NCBI GenBank assembly: GCA_024137785.1
Contig: JAHRHZ010000025.1
Span: 32,220,024 to 32,284,023 of the forward strand
Length of the DNA stretch: 64,000 nucleotides
DNA from: Ginglymostoma cirratum
Lineage: Eukaryota
Direction of reading: 5' to 3'
The first letter of the stretch is position 1. Each line of letters starts with the position of its first letter. The position numbers and the translations under genes were made by a program. The notes below the pieces were generated by a model, which saw nothing but the letters and a program-made list of their open reading frames with translations, searched no databases and was not told where the DNA came from. Shown here piece by piece: positions 49,430-62,009 of the stretch.

Positions 49430-50013
49430 CACAAAAACAGTTTAAGTTCTTTTTAGCACAAGGCTATACCTTTCTCTAAACCAAGTGTTGTTAACTAATT
49501 TTCACCGTAAGCATTGGATAAGTGATATTTTGGTGACTGTAAAAGAAGTCTGCGTTTTGGTACAATAAAAGGCTGTTTTGTTTCTTTACAATTCATCATT
49601 TTTTTGGGATTAATGTGTGCTGACAAGTCTTTGAATTTTTTTCGCAAGTAGCTGATTTAGTTTATTCTGTTTTATCTTTATTTCTTTCATATTAAACTCC
49701 TGTTGTATTGTTAAGGCAATATCAGCAATGTTGCGTGCTTACATTTCAGACAGAGATTATTTTGTTAAAACCTAAACTAATCACAATATGATCTGCCAAA
49801 AAAGAAAGTGCTGGAAAAGCTCAGCAGGTCTGGCAGCATCTGTGGAGAGCAAGCAGAGTTAACATTTTAGGTAGAGTGACCCTTTCCCGGCAATTCTTGT
49901 TTTTATTTCTGATTTATAGCATTCACAGTTCTTTTGTTTTTAATGATCTACCAAGCCAGGTTTCTGTTAGGGAGATGACTTGTCTGGTAATAAAATCAGT
50001 TGAGATCATAACA
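49430..50013 (+). mobile_element. LTR-like repeat 3' part interrupted by a Penelope-like fragment (~49799-49942)
   Basis: Ends CCAAGCCAGGTTTC...GATGACTTGTC...ATCAGTTGAGATCATAACA; the insertion is flanked by ATGATCT(G/A)CCAA. Confidence 0.6.
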
Positions 50014-50093
50014 ATAAGCCTGCCAGAGAATAATAAATGATGAATTTCCAAGTTATGTTATATCATTGTGACACCAGCCCTGTAAGTAACTTT

Positions 50094-51332
50094 CAAAAAA
50101 AGCAGAAATTGCTGGAAAATCTCAACAGGCCTGGCAGCATCTGTGGTGAGAAATCAGAGTTATGCTTTGGGTCTAGTAACCCTTCCTCAGAACTGATGGC
50201 AGCTAGGAAAGCTTTTTTATGCAGAAGATAGAGTGAGGGGTGGGGGTAAGGAGTAAATCATATGTGGAGATAGAGTCCAAAGAGAGAGAAAAACTGTTGG
50301 ACAGAAAAAAGAGTGGATGATGGTTAGTTTAGGAGAATGAATAGCTGCTAATGGAGACTGTTAGTGGTTAACAACGTGTTGCATGTAATAGCAACCCATG
50401 TAATAACAAGGCCGAGGATGTGGTGTTGAGTAAGGACATGGGAGAAGGTGCTCAGGCCCTAAAATTGTTGAATTTGATTTTGAGTCCAGAGGCTGTAGAG
50501 TACCCAAGTGGAAAATGAGGTACTGTTCCTCCAGCTTGCACTGAGCTTCACTGGAGAATTGCAGCAAGCCTGAGACAGAGATGCTGGCCAGGGATCAAGG
50601 TAATGTGTTGAAGTAGCAGGCAATGGAAAGCTCAGGCTCTTTTTTGCAGACAGAACGTAGGTATTCTGTGAAGCTGTCCCCCAGTCTATGGAGTCTTAAC
50701 TTAAAATATGTGGACATCTACATGGTTGATTAATTGTAATATCAGCCTGCCCACTGGATAATGTGAATTACAACTCTAAATCTGGATATTCCATATTCAG
50801 GCAGTTTCTTCATTGGTCAATCAGCAAACAATATGCGTGAATCTCCCTGTGGACTGTGTATGAATATTATTTCAGGGGCAAGGTAACCAAATTGCAGTTA
50901 CCAACACCTCATTTTCTACTTGGAGACACTGCAGCCCTCCAGACTCAATATCGAGTTCAATAATTTTAGGCCTGAACTCTCCCATGTTCTAGCACCTTAC
51001 CCCACACACCAGGCTTTGTTATCACACAGTCTGCCATTACACACTACCCATTGTTAGCTACTACCAGAGTAGAAACAGCAATTCGCCCTCCTAGCCAGAT
51101 CAATATCTACTCCTTTGTCTGTCAAACTGCTCCTCTCTCTCTTTGGGGACTATACCCAACTATCATTTATTCCTTACCCTCTCCCCTGACCCTATATGTC
51201 TGCATATAAACCAATATTTTCTTAGTTACCATCAGTTCTGAGGAAGGGTCACTGGACCTGAAACATTAACACTGATTTCTCATCACAGATGCTGTCAGAC
51301 CTGCTGACCTTTTCCAACAACTTCTGTTTTTG
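50094..51332. mobile_element. Penelope-like element: inverted pLTRs, each with a GIY-YIG C-terminal relic
   Basis: Minus strand LLQFSSEAQCKLEEQYLIFHLGTLQP; plus strand QHLIFYLETLQPSRLNIEFNNFR. Termini AAAAGCAGAAATTGCTGGAAAA and TTTTCCAACAACTTCTGTTTTT are inverted. Confidence 0.85.
51238..51268 (+). ncRNA. Hammerhead-like motif, partly decayed
   Basis: CTGAGGA-A-GGGTC-ACTG-GACCT-GAAA-CATTA; the ACGT palindrome is changed to ACAT (consistent with CpG decay). Confidence 0.45.
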
Positions 51333-51479
51333 ACTCAACCTGCAAGTTTACCTTAAGAAAATCCTGGACTAGAACTCCCAAGTCTCTTTGCACTTCAGAT
51401 TTCTGAGTTTTTTTCCCATTTAGAAAATACATCTCGTCTGTATTTCTAAAGGAGTCGGTGGAGAGGTAAGAAGGGATTG

Positions 51480-51845
51480 GAATTCACTCTCTAAAGTTTA
51501 GAAGAAAAATAGGTGATCTCATTAAAACTCACAAAATTTTAAAAGTCTAAATAGGAGACAAGCCAGGGAACACTTTATCGGAATAAGGGGAAAACCATTT
51601 AGGATTGAGAAGAGGAGCTTTTTTTCACTCAGAGGATCGTGAATATTTTGAATTCTCTGCCTTAAACAGTAGTGGAAGCTTGATCATTCAGCATGTTCAA
51701 ATCAAAGATTAATAGGTTTCCTGATACCGTTGACATCAAAGAATATGGAGATAACATAGGAAATGGCATTGAGGTAGATTATCAACATAATCTTAAATGG
51801 CAGAGCAGGTTGAAATGGCCTACTGTTACTCCTATGTTCCTATAG
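51480..51845 (+). mobile_element. CR1 3' fragment
   Basis: GGTGATCTCATTAAAAC and CCATTTAGGATTGAGAAGAGGAG..TTTTTTCACTCAGAGG, tail GGCCTACT..TACTCCTATGTTCCTAT. Confidence 0.75.
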
Positions 51846-52749
51846 GGAACATTATCATGAGTTCATAATGTATTTGCTACAAATTATCCATGTATTGGGG
51901 ATTCTTGTTTGTTATTAGTGTCATGGACAAAGGGGGAAATTCAATGATGATTTTTTTCCCTCTTACGCGACATTTTGTTTGATTTGTTCTTTTCCTTTTT
52001 TGTTCCCACAGCCATATAAGTTAGGCCAAGGTGTGATCTGCAAATCCTTTTTTGTTTTCAATTGTAAAAATAGATTCACAATGAATCTTTTAAGATGAAA
52101 TGAAAGATAGAGTTTATATATAAAACATTCAAAAGGAAAGGGAACTCCTTTGCTGGTTCATTCACACACACAAGTATATGGGGTAAAAACTGAAAGGAAA
52201 GGAAGGAAGGAATTTACAAATTATGAATTTCTTAAAAACCAAAGATGTTAGTCTTAAATTAACTGACTTAGAGATCAGTAAGTTAATGTCCAACTATGAA
52301 TCTATTAGTTGGTTGAACATATAGCAAGTCTTTGCCTGAAGGCTAGGATGTCAATGGATGCTAGTCAAAGGTGCAGGCAATATTTCTTGGACTCACAGAA
52401 TAATGTCCAGTTTTGGCAAGAGAAGCCAAGGTCTGCTTTGAAGATGAGTCCTTTTTGTAAGACAAAGATAGAGAGTAGGCCTTCCAGCCACTAAGAGCTG
52501 GAACTACTCATCTCATTGCTATTCTCTTCTCATATTAAGACAGTTACCACATTCAGATGTCAAAACTATACACTTAAGTGATTCAGCAAGCTCAGGTTGT
52601 AATTCTATGACAGGGTGGTATTTGTTAAGCCATTTAAGAAATGAGGTACTTGATTTTCCTCAAAATGTGAACACGTGATTATTGCCCAACTCAGTGGTTA
52701 ATTGGAATTCCATTATCATCTTGGCATCAGACAAGACTAATTTACAATT

Positions 52750-53180
52750 CATAGAAGCATAGGATATAGGAGCAGGAGTAGGCCATTCAATCCTTTGAGT
52801 ATGTTGAACCATTCAATATGATCATAGCTGATCATCTAACTCAATTTCCTGTTCCAGCTTTCTCTCCATATTCTTTAATCACTTTAGTTCTTAGAGTTTT
52901 CTCTTCATCTTTCTTGAAAGATTTGATGTTTTGGCCTCAATGGTTTCCTGCAGCAGATAATTCCACAGGCTTATCACTCTCAGGGTGAACAATTTCTCCT
53001 CATCTTTATCCTAAAAAGGCCTATCCCTTAGCCTTAGACTGTGACCCCTGGTCTGTACTCACTGGGCATCAAGAACACCCTTCCTGCGTTTACTCTATCT
53101 AATTTTGTAGGTTTCTATGAAATCCTCCCTCATTCATCTAAACCTCAGTGATAGATTCCTAACTGATCTAGTCTATCCCT
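52750..53180 (-). mobile_element. CR1 3' fragment
   Basis: ATAGGAGCAGGAGTAGGCCATTCA and TTCCACAGG.T.ATCACTCTC.GGGTGAA, CCTTAGACTGTGACCCCTGG. Confidence 0.8.
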
Positions 53181-56100
53181 GTGTCTTCCTTTGCATCATT
53201 GTCTTCTTAGGAGTTTGAACATTTCTAGGTAACTTACAGTTGCAACACATAGCAGGCCAAATCTCCAGGAATTAAAAGAGGTGTTAAAGGCTCAGCTGTC
53301 TTGTTTTGCAGAAAGTTCTGGATATTTCTGATTAATTCTAATCATGTGTTTATAAAAACCATCTTAAGAGTCTGGCAGTTTTAACAACATTTTTTTTAAA
53401 AAATGTATTAAAACTATAAGAGTCATGATGGGAGTATAGTTTAAAAAAATTTTCATGACCTCTGGCAACTTCAACAATTATTCTTAATGGCAAGAAAAAT
53501 TTTGATAACTACCATGATATTCATTGTTAACACGATAACATGACATTTATTCCCATGACCCAAAAAGCATTTACAAACATGGTATCTGTTTGTTTCACTG
53601 TGTCTCCAGTGGTCACTATAAAATGGACAGTCGACAGCCCCCATCTATCAGCAATTAATACAGTATGGCATAAATTATTAATTCTTCTGAGAATTAATAT
53701 TTTCAGGTACTAAAACATTCACCTCTTCCCCGTCTTGATTAATCTTACTGAAAATATTTCAAATTCTAAATATTATTTGGGATAATTACATAGAGTTAGG
53801 GATGATACATCAATATAAAATAAAGTTTGAGGGATGTTCAGAAACTCCACAATAACAGAAAGAGTTAATCAGAATACCAAGTAATAACTGAGCATAGTTA
53901 TCTCTTCAATGGAGAAATGAGCCATTGGTGAAATTATTCTTTTCTATGAATTACTTTTTCCTTCAGTTAATTACTTTTACTTGAATGTCATGTTACTTTT
54001 TTTTCCAGATTTCTGTACTAAATTAGTCAGGCTGTTTGGGTTGCCATGACACCTTTTTTGCCTGCTGTGTGTTTTAAGCAAGTAATGTCACCAAAGACTC
54101 AAATCATGCGCATGTTTTACCCCACAAGAACAAGTTTCATTACCATGGCTATAATGAGAATTGGCCCGAATGGAAGCAACAACCCCAGTAAAAGCAATAC
54201 AAACTCAAAAAGTTGTCGTGTGAAGCTATTTAATTACAACATTATTGTGAGAAGGTAGGAAGTCAATACTGTAAACAAGAGAATTAGGAAATCGTGCAAA
54301 CTAACATGAATAAGGTGGAAGGGTAATGCTGTTGGAACGATGAAGAGAGCAATAAAAGGCAAAAAGAACAGGAATCCATTTAATTTTACAAGTAGAGTAT
54401 TTTTTAAAAATCGAACTGTAAACCAATCCAATTTTTTTCCTGATATCTAACTAAAATCTCAGCAGGAACGTAAGGCAACAACCTGCAGAAAAAAGATCAA
54501 ATTTAGAGGAAATGCATATTGCAGAAATTAGTCTCATAGCATTTGCAAATAATATTAAAATATTATCAACGGAACTATCATGAAGAGGTTGTAAAAAAGC
54601 CATCAACACTTATATTCTTACAGGTGACTAAGATCACAATAATCATTGGATGCTGAATATAAATTTGATGATCCTCATGTGATGAAATATGAGGCACGTA
54701 AGCTTGATGACACTTTCCAACAGGTTGAAAGCTGCCCTCAGCGTTATATCGTAGCTTCCCAGTTTGCTTTCTCTATTTTTTGATCAATTCATTGAAACCA
54801 GTCATTCAAAGCTTAAATATGACCATCTAGAGTATTTCTGTGCACCACCACATTCTGTATTTGTCCCATTATTTTCGGTGAACCTACCTGACCAACAAAA
54901 TTTGGCCAGATATTACTCCAGATTTTAAAGATCGTAGTTTGTTCAACAAAGCACAACAAGTTTATGTCTTGCTTGTGATACAATGTGGGTTCTGACTGTC
55001 CATAGGATTCATGAGCTTGAAAAGCCACAAGGGATTTCTACCACTCTCTCACCTTAACTGCCCTGTGGACGGTTGCCATTATTTTCTGGATTTTTGAGGT
55101 TGTTTGGTAAAGGATGGGATTTCTGCCAAATCGTTATAGTTAAATGTCATGGGGAACTCTACACTGTGCTTCCCATTTCCCTGAACCAGATAAGTTTTGT
55201 TCTTGTACTGAAAGCCAGATGTTGTGTAAAAGAAGGCACTCCAGTCTCCGGATGAGCACAAGTTGAAGACAGAATATCAGGTAAGTGACCTGGTTACCTG
55301 AAGAAAAGGATCCATTTAAAGAATCCACTGATCATCCTATAAATGACAGAAAGAAATTTTGCAAGGAACTTCTGGAACAGAGCCAAGATCTTGTAGCTAC
55401 ATGCGGCACGTTCTAAACTATCATGACACTTGTATCCCCCTTTCCTAATGCATACCCAATACAAACTCCAGTGAGATCAATGCTGCAGTGCAGCAATGGA
55501 TGTTATAGATAATGGGATCAGAACTTGAGCATCATTGAGGGCTCATGTTAACAGTATTTGGGGAATGAACAACATCAACCAGTAATAGATTTTGCTGAAC
55601 TTTGTCTAAATCTTCCACTTCAGATCCCAGAAGGTGAGAACTATCACTGCATAGGCTGGAGAGCCAATATAGTGACTCCACCCAATATTTTGTATGCTTA
55701 CCCAACCAGGAAACTATGTACAAATTCTGAACAATTAGGCCCTATATTATTCACTCATTCGACAACATGACACAAGGATAATTTATGAACCTAAATTATT
55801 TGGTAAAATGCCATTGCAAACGAAGCAAGAGTTTAGAAAAAACATTTAGCAATCTGTCACCAATCTGGCTCCATCCCATTATGACTTTAATGGGTCAGGG
55901 TTCTGGATAGTTTTATGATTGTACAACAGTGTTGTCACAACTTCGTAATTATGATATTATAAATGTTTTCAAAAGCTAATGTCTCTTCAAACGGATATAA
56001 ACAACCTAAAACTATGCTCTCAGAAGTCACACAACTGTCCGTTGTTAAGTCACTTCAAAAAGAAAAATGTATTATCTCAGCATTAACCACAAAAGGAGAC

Positions 56101-56289
56101 AGAAGTCAGTGCAACTGTTGTATTTGGGCTTCATGTTTCCAGCACCATTAACTTCAGAAAGAGCATCTTAAAGCAAGCAAAAGCCTGCAATAGTAACAGA
56201 TTACTCTTGTTTTCAGCTTTGTCGGTATATTTTATCTGTATCTGCTTTGAATCCTTGTACCCACATTTTATTGAATAACAGCATTACTT

Positions 56290-57348
56290 TTATTTTATTC
56301 TTTCATGATCTGTATTTATTGTCCATCATTACCTGCTCTTGAGAAGATTGGAGTGAGCCACCTAATTAAACTGCTGCTACTTAAACCTACTTAAACCATG
56401 TTCACTAGGTAGACACACAATGCCATCAGAAAGGGATTTCCAGGACATGGGCCAGGTGACATTGAAGAAATGGCAATATATTTCCAAGTTAGGATAGTGT
56501 GTGGCTTGGAGGTGAACTCGCAGCTCCCATAGATCTTCTGCCCTTGTCTTTCGTGCTAGGTCCTGAGTTTGGAATGTGCTGTCTCAGAATCTTTGGTGAA
56601 TTTATATAGAGCATCTTGTAAAGGACACACACTCCAGCTACTAAGCATCGGTGATAGAGGGAATAAATATTTCTGGATGTGATGCCAATTAAGTGGAATG
56701 CTTTGTCTTGAATGGTTTTCAGCTTCTTGAGTGTTATTGTAGATGCACTTATTTAGGCAAGTGCGTAAAACATTCATCACACTCCTGACTTGTGCCTTGT
56801 GGATGGTAGATGGGCTTTGAGGAATCGGGAAATGAGTCAGTCGTTGCAGGATTCCTAGCGTCTAACCTTCCCTTGTGACCACTGTCTTTATATAGCTAGT
56901 CCAATTTAGTTTCTGAACAATGATAACCCTAGGATATTGATAGTGAGGTACTCAGTAATAATAACACCATGGAATGTCAAGGGGCAGTGGTTAGACTGCT
57001 CTCTTAGTAGAGATGGTCATTGCCTATCATTTGTGTGGTACAAATGTTACTTGCCACGTCTCAGCTTATGCCTGGATATTGTCCAAGTCTTGCTTCATTT
57101 AGGCATGGACTGCTCTGAGGAGACACGAATGGTGCTGAAAATTGTGAAATCAACAGTTAACATCCTCAATTCTGACCTTATGATGGAGGGAAGGTCATTG
57201 ATGAAGCAGCTGAAGATGTTTGGGCCTAAGACCTTAATCTGAGCAACACCGACAGAAATGTCCTGGAGCTGGGATGACTGATATCCAACAACAACAACCA
57301 TCTTCCTATGTGTCAGGTGTGATTCCAACCAATGAAGAGTTTCTCCCT
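56290..57348 (-). mobile_element. LINE (CR1/L2 group) RT C-terminus and 3' end
   Basis: ESHLTHRKMVVVVGYQSSQLQDISVGVAQ..VLGPNIFSCFINDLPSIIRSE; 3' part matches 19740-20236. Confidence 0.85.
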
Positions 57349-57349
57349 A

Positions 57350-57428
57350 GTGCTGAAGAAACTCAATAGGTCTAGCAGCACTTGTGGAGAGAGAAACAGC
57401 GTTAACATTTCTAGTCCGATATGACTTA
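57350..57428 (-). mobile_element. Penelope-like pLTR fragment
   Basis: TGCTGAAGAAACTCAATAGGTCTAGCAGCA...GGAGAGAGAAACAG.GTTAACATTTC. Confidence 0.6.
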
Positions 57429-58084
57429 ATGTTTTTCTTTAACTTTTTAATCATTGTCCATTAAAATGTCAGCAGAATGCAGTGGGTGATCACTCGTCTC
57501 TTTACTTTTGGCCCTGGCTAATGGATGTCATTGAATTTATTTTATTGAATGTACTCTTATATATGTACTCAATTTCATGTCAAAATCTCTCCAACATGTT
57601 TCAATCCATCTGTACGTTGATTCAGTTCTTGCAGAAAACCTATTGCTTTTTTAACAATGTGTACTGTTATTGATGAAGAACTGCTCAGAAAATTCAGGGA
57701 GATATGACATAAGTTGTGAATCTCAAACATTTGCTGGTCCACTTATACCAGTGCTTCTACACATGGCGTCTCACCATCAGCTCTTCTGATGCTTTTAACA
57801 ATTTGTTTAATTTGCATATTAAATGCCCATTAAGTTTGCCACAGTGCTTGCTCTTTGTGAAGCAAAACAGCCTGCTAACTGGGCACACTGCAAGATGCCC
57901 TGCATCAGTCCACCCACCGGAGGATCTAATTTGTCTAGCTTTTCCAACGACAGTTAAAGCTTTCCTTACAAATGAATAGTACCCACTATTAAATTGGGCA
58001 TACCAATGCCTGTTGAACTTCATAATATTTTGTTTAGCAAGCAGGAGATGGATAACAATGTTGCCCTGTACAGGACTGAAACAT

Positions 58085-58450
58085 GTAGGATTCTTAGGGG
58101 GACCCGACAGGGTCAATGCAGAAATATTGCTTCCCCTCGCAGCAGAGTCTAGGACCAGAGAACACACTCTCAGAACAAGAGGTTGCACATTTAAGATAGA
58201 GATGAGGAGAAATTTCTTCTCTCAGAGGGTAGTGAAACTGTAGTATTCTTTACCATAGAGGGTTGTAGAGGTTGGGTCTTTGCCTATATTCAATGCTCAG
58301 AATTTTAATCAGTCAGAGAATCAAAAGTTAAGGGGGTAACGACAAGAAAGTGGAATTGAGGATTATTAAATCAGCAATGATCTCATTGAATAGCAGAGCA
58401 GACTCAATAGGCTGAATGGCCTACTCCTACCTCCTACATCTTATGATCTT
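58085..58450 (+). mobile_element. CR1 3' fragment
   Basis: DRVNAEILLPLAAESRTREHTLRTRGCTFKIEMRRNFFSQRVVKL; tail GGCTGAATGGCCTACTCCT..TCTTATGATCTTA. Confidence 0.85.
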
Positions 58451-59962
58451 ACAAATACTCAGACTCTTAGTGATCCCAATCATACCCTGTGTATCTTCTT
58501 AATCAATTAGATAGAAGGAATATGAAATGAGCAGCATAAGATCTAAAGAAAATATAAAATCAGGTGCAGAAAGAAGTAAAGAGAGAGACAAAGTGTGGAT
58601 AGAGGGGGAGAGTGAGAAGAGAAACAGAACTTTTTTTTAAAAAAAGCAAATGATATTGTGTTTAACAACTCAAATAACAATTGAAACCTAAGAAAATTGT
58701 GTTCCACACTTGGAATCTTTAACTATCGGTATCAAAGCGGTTGAGTGGTAGCAACTAACACTTACCAAAGAAAGGGCTTAACTTTGAAATTACTTAACTT
58801 GCAGTGGCAAATTTATTCCATACCTACGATGCATGTACTGGAACATCTTGCCATTGAATGAATTTCAAGGGAGATCCAGACAGCTGGATGCCATTTTAAT
58901 GAAAAATGAAGTTTAATCAGCTGCCTGCCCTTGATTGAAGTTGCGGTGATATTTAGCTTTAAGTAACAGTGGGCATTATTTACTTCACCATTACTTTAAC
59001 TGAAAATTCAGGGTCATTCGTTGTACTCATTACCTGCCCACAGAAAGTTTCAAATGTTACAATAATACAACAGAAACCATACCCCATGCCATCCATAAGT
59101 AATATATACAGTTGACATCCAGAACAGATTTGCACGGAACTGAGCTATTTCCTTTTGCCAGCCACACATTTTCCATTAAACATCATCCCATGACTTTTGT
59201 TGACAATCCAGTTATCAATCCATCCAGACATTCTGTCAACTGTTCCATGAGCTTTTAAGCTTCTCCACAAGAGTCATGTGTGGAAATTTGTCAAATGTTA
59301 TTTAATCCTTCTTGTCTTTGCAAATCGCTTTCTTTCCATATGTGTTATGGATCACTTAGTCCTATTTTCTATAACTGGAATTTTTCTGCATCACCCTTTC
59401 TGGAAACTGATGTGAAAAATCCATTTGCCATATGCTGATCATCTGTAAAAGTTTACCCAATAAATCCTTTCAAGGACCCACCTGTTCCCTGACCTTCATT
59501 TGACTATTAGCATAACTATAAAAGTTTTTTTTGGATTCCTTCTTCCCTCCTTTTTTTTATCATGGTATTTATTAATTGCTTTTTTCATACTTGGTTGGCT
59601 ATCTTGTATTCTCATTTGTAAGAGTCACAATCCTCCCCTTTTTTTGTTTCTTGTACCTTCTGAAGAATTTCTGGTTGTTTTTATAAATTCCTTCTGAACT
59701 TCTTATTAAATCAGTGTGAGTTATTCCTTTTTTTTAAATGCATGTTTCCCTCACCCTTTATGCAAATTCACCCAGACATCAACTAGGAGCAGATTTTTTT
59801 CATGACTGAGATTGAAGAAGGAGACCAAAGATTGTTCTAGAAGAAAGACTGACTGGCACGACAACTCAAAAAGCACTAATCTAACTTGGTAAAAATGTCA
59901 ATCACATTTCCTAACATTCAAGATTTTTAACTGACTGATGCTTAGATAAAATTATTACCTTT

Positions 59963-60430
59963 TTTTATTTATTCATTTGTGGGTTGTTGGAGTCGCTGGC
60001 TGGCCAGCATTTATTCCCCGTCCCTAGTTGTTCTTGAGAAGGTGGTGGTGAACTGCCTTCTTAAACTGCTATAGTCTTCCAGCTGTGTTGACCCACAATG
60101 CCATTAGGGAGAAAATTCCACGATTTTGACCCGGTGACAGTGAAGGAATGGCGATATATTTCCAAGTCAGGATGGTGAGTGATTTGAAGGGGAGCTTGAA
60201 GGTGGTGGTGTTCCCATATATCTGCAGCCCCTGTCCTTCTAGGTGGAAGTGGTTGTAGGTTTAGAAGGTGCTGTCTGAGGATGTTTGGTGAATTTCTGCA
60301 GTGCATCTTCTAGATAGTACACACTGCTGCTACTGAGCGTCAGTGGTGGTGGGAGTGGATGCTTGTGCATGTAGTGTTAATCACATGGGCTGCTTTATCT
60401 TCAATGGTGTCAGGCTTCTTGAGTGTTGTC
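59963..60430 (-). mobile_element. LINE 3' fragment (CR1/L2 group, SacSINE1-like tail)
   Basis: MHCRNSPNILRQHLLNLQPLPPRRTGAAD...SFTVTGSKSWNFLPN; tail TTCATTTGTGGG...GCTGGCTGGCCAGCATTTATT. Confidence 0.85.
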
Positions 60431-60949
60431 TTCCTATAACCTCCTGAAAGTAACAAATTAAGACAATGTGGTTGTCAGAACCTACACTGTTGCTATCAAA
60501 ATGCTAAAACAAAGCTTGTAGTATCAGATTTTTAAAATGTCTGAATCACAGTCTTCACTTCATTCATTCCAGATGAAAAATGAAAAAGTCTTACAGATAA
60601 AAGATTGAACCTCCATACTGCATTTTTACAAGAAGAAGCAATGATCAATTTTTAAAAAAAATATTCATCCATTTTGTTTTAGACATGAGATACTACCTTT
60701 GGAAAGAATTCCTCCTCTGCTTGTAAATCACGTCAACTATGTCCTTGGAGTCAAAATGGGAATTACAGTTGGTCATAGTCAATATCTCATAAAATTTCCA
60801 TCTGAGAGTTTGAAATTGATCAACAAATGGAACTTCATTGACCAGAAAATTGACTTTCTGTTTGACGGTCTTAATAAGTGAAGTGACAGATGAGTTTTAG
60901 TGGAGATAATGGAGTACTCAAAAAAGAAAATAAGACAAGAGACAAACAG

Positions 60950-61450
60950 ATTTCCTAAATGATATGGAAGTAGCTAAAGAAAAAGCTGATAATCTTAATG
61001 TTTAATGCAGGCAAGTAATGCAGAACAGCAATCAGCAGAGCCAGTTGGATGCTGAATTACATATTCTAAATAATTGAAAACTAGTGAACAGACATCGCAA
61101 TCAGTCCTTATAGATCTCTGAGAAACATGGTAGAAGAAGAATTAGCGACAGTGAAGCAAGAACCATAAATTGTCAAAGATCTGAGCTATAATGAGGCATT
61201 GAAGTGTCTCCAGATATTCAGCCTAGAAAAATGTTTTATGCGGGACAATGCTATGGAGGTATATGAAATAACTCAGGGAATGGGAAAGGTAAATCTTCAA
61301 CATGACTTCAAACAAACTGCAAAATTAGAACAAGGAGTCATACGGTTCAAGCTGGCTTGAGGTAAATTCGAGCTTTGAATTATGAAGTACTTCTTTTTCA
61401 CAAAATGTGATCAGCACGCAGATTGGCCGCTAAGCAGTGTGTGTCTCTGG
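60950..61450 (+). mobile_element. Old, highly degraded CR1-like fragment
   Basis: TTTAATGCAGGCAAGT, TTCAGCCTAGAAAA and GAAGTACTTCTTTTTCACAAAATGTG blocks in CR1 order. Confidence 0.45.
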
Positions 61451-62009
61451 AACATTGTTACAGATTTAAGAATTTGGAGTTTGGAGTACTAGCTTGAGGG
61501 TATGGCAAAAATGATGTAACTTAAATCTGGATAAGTAATAAAATGATCCCTGTTTGTGTGTGTAACTTGGCAACCTATTACCCCCCTGCTGCATAGTGGG
61601 TAGGTCTCAGCCAGCATGAATAGTGGAAAAACCTTCAGGAAGTTCGGCCAATTTGTGCTTGATTTCTTCAACTGTTATCTATCAACACTTATTGGGTAAT
61701 TAACAGATTTTAGAAGGACTTCTGTTTCATATCTTCATTCTTCTACTTTGTTTCTCAGTAAAAATAGTAAATTTCCTTTTTCATTACATCCACATGCTGC
61801 ACGCCATCTCTTTTGGGACAGCAACAGTATCCAAGTCACCTACTTCTAATTGATATGACATGTCTGTAAATTGTCAAAGCATCTTGTTTGGAAAAATGCA
61901 GTTATGCTTAAGCTCTTAGCTGACTCATCACAGTTATGTAACATCTACATCTGCTGGAACTTGCTTTCACTTTAGTTTGTAGCAGCCATTGCACACAATA
62001 TTTGAAGCA

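Noticed and set aside
39184-49430. Intact provirus between two LTR-like copies
   Set aside because: No gag/pol/env between them; the interval is filled with unrelated elements.
55624-55633. 10-nt microexon-like CAG|ATCCCAGAAG|GTGAGA
   Set aside because: Not a multiple of three, no host gene identified, and likely by chance.
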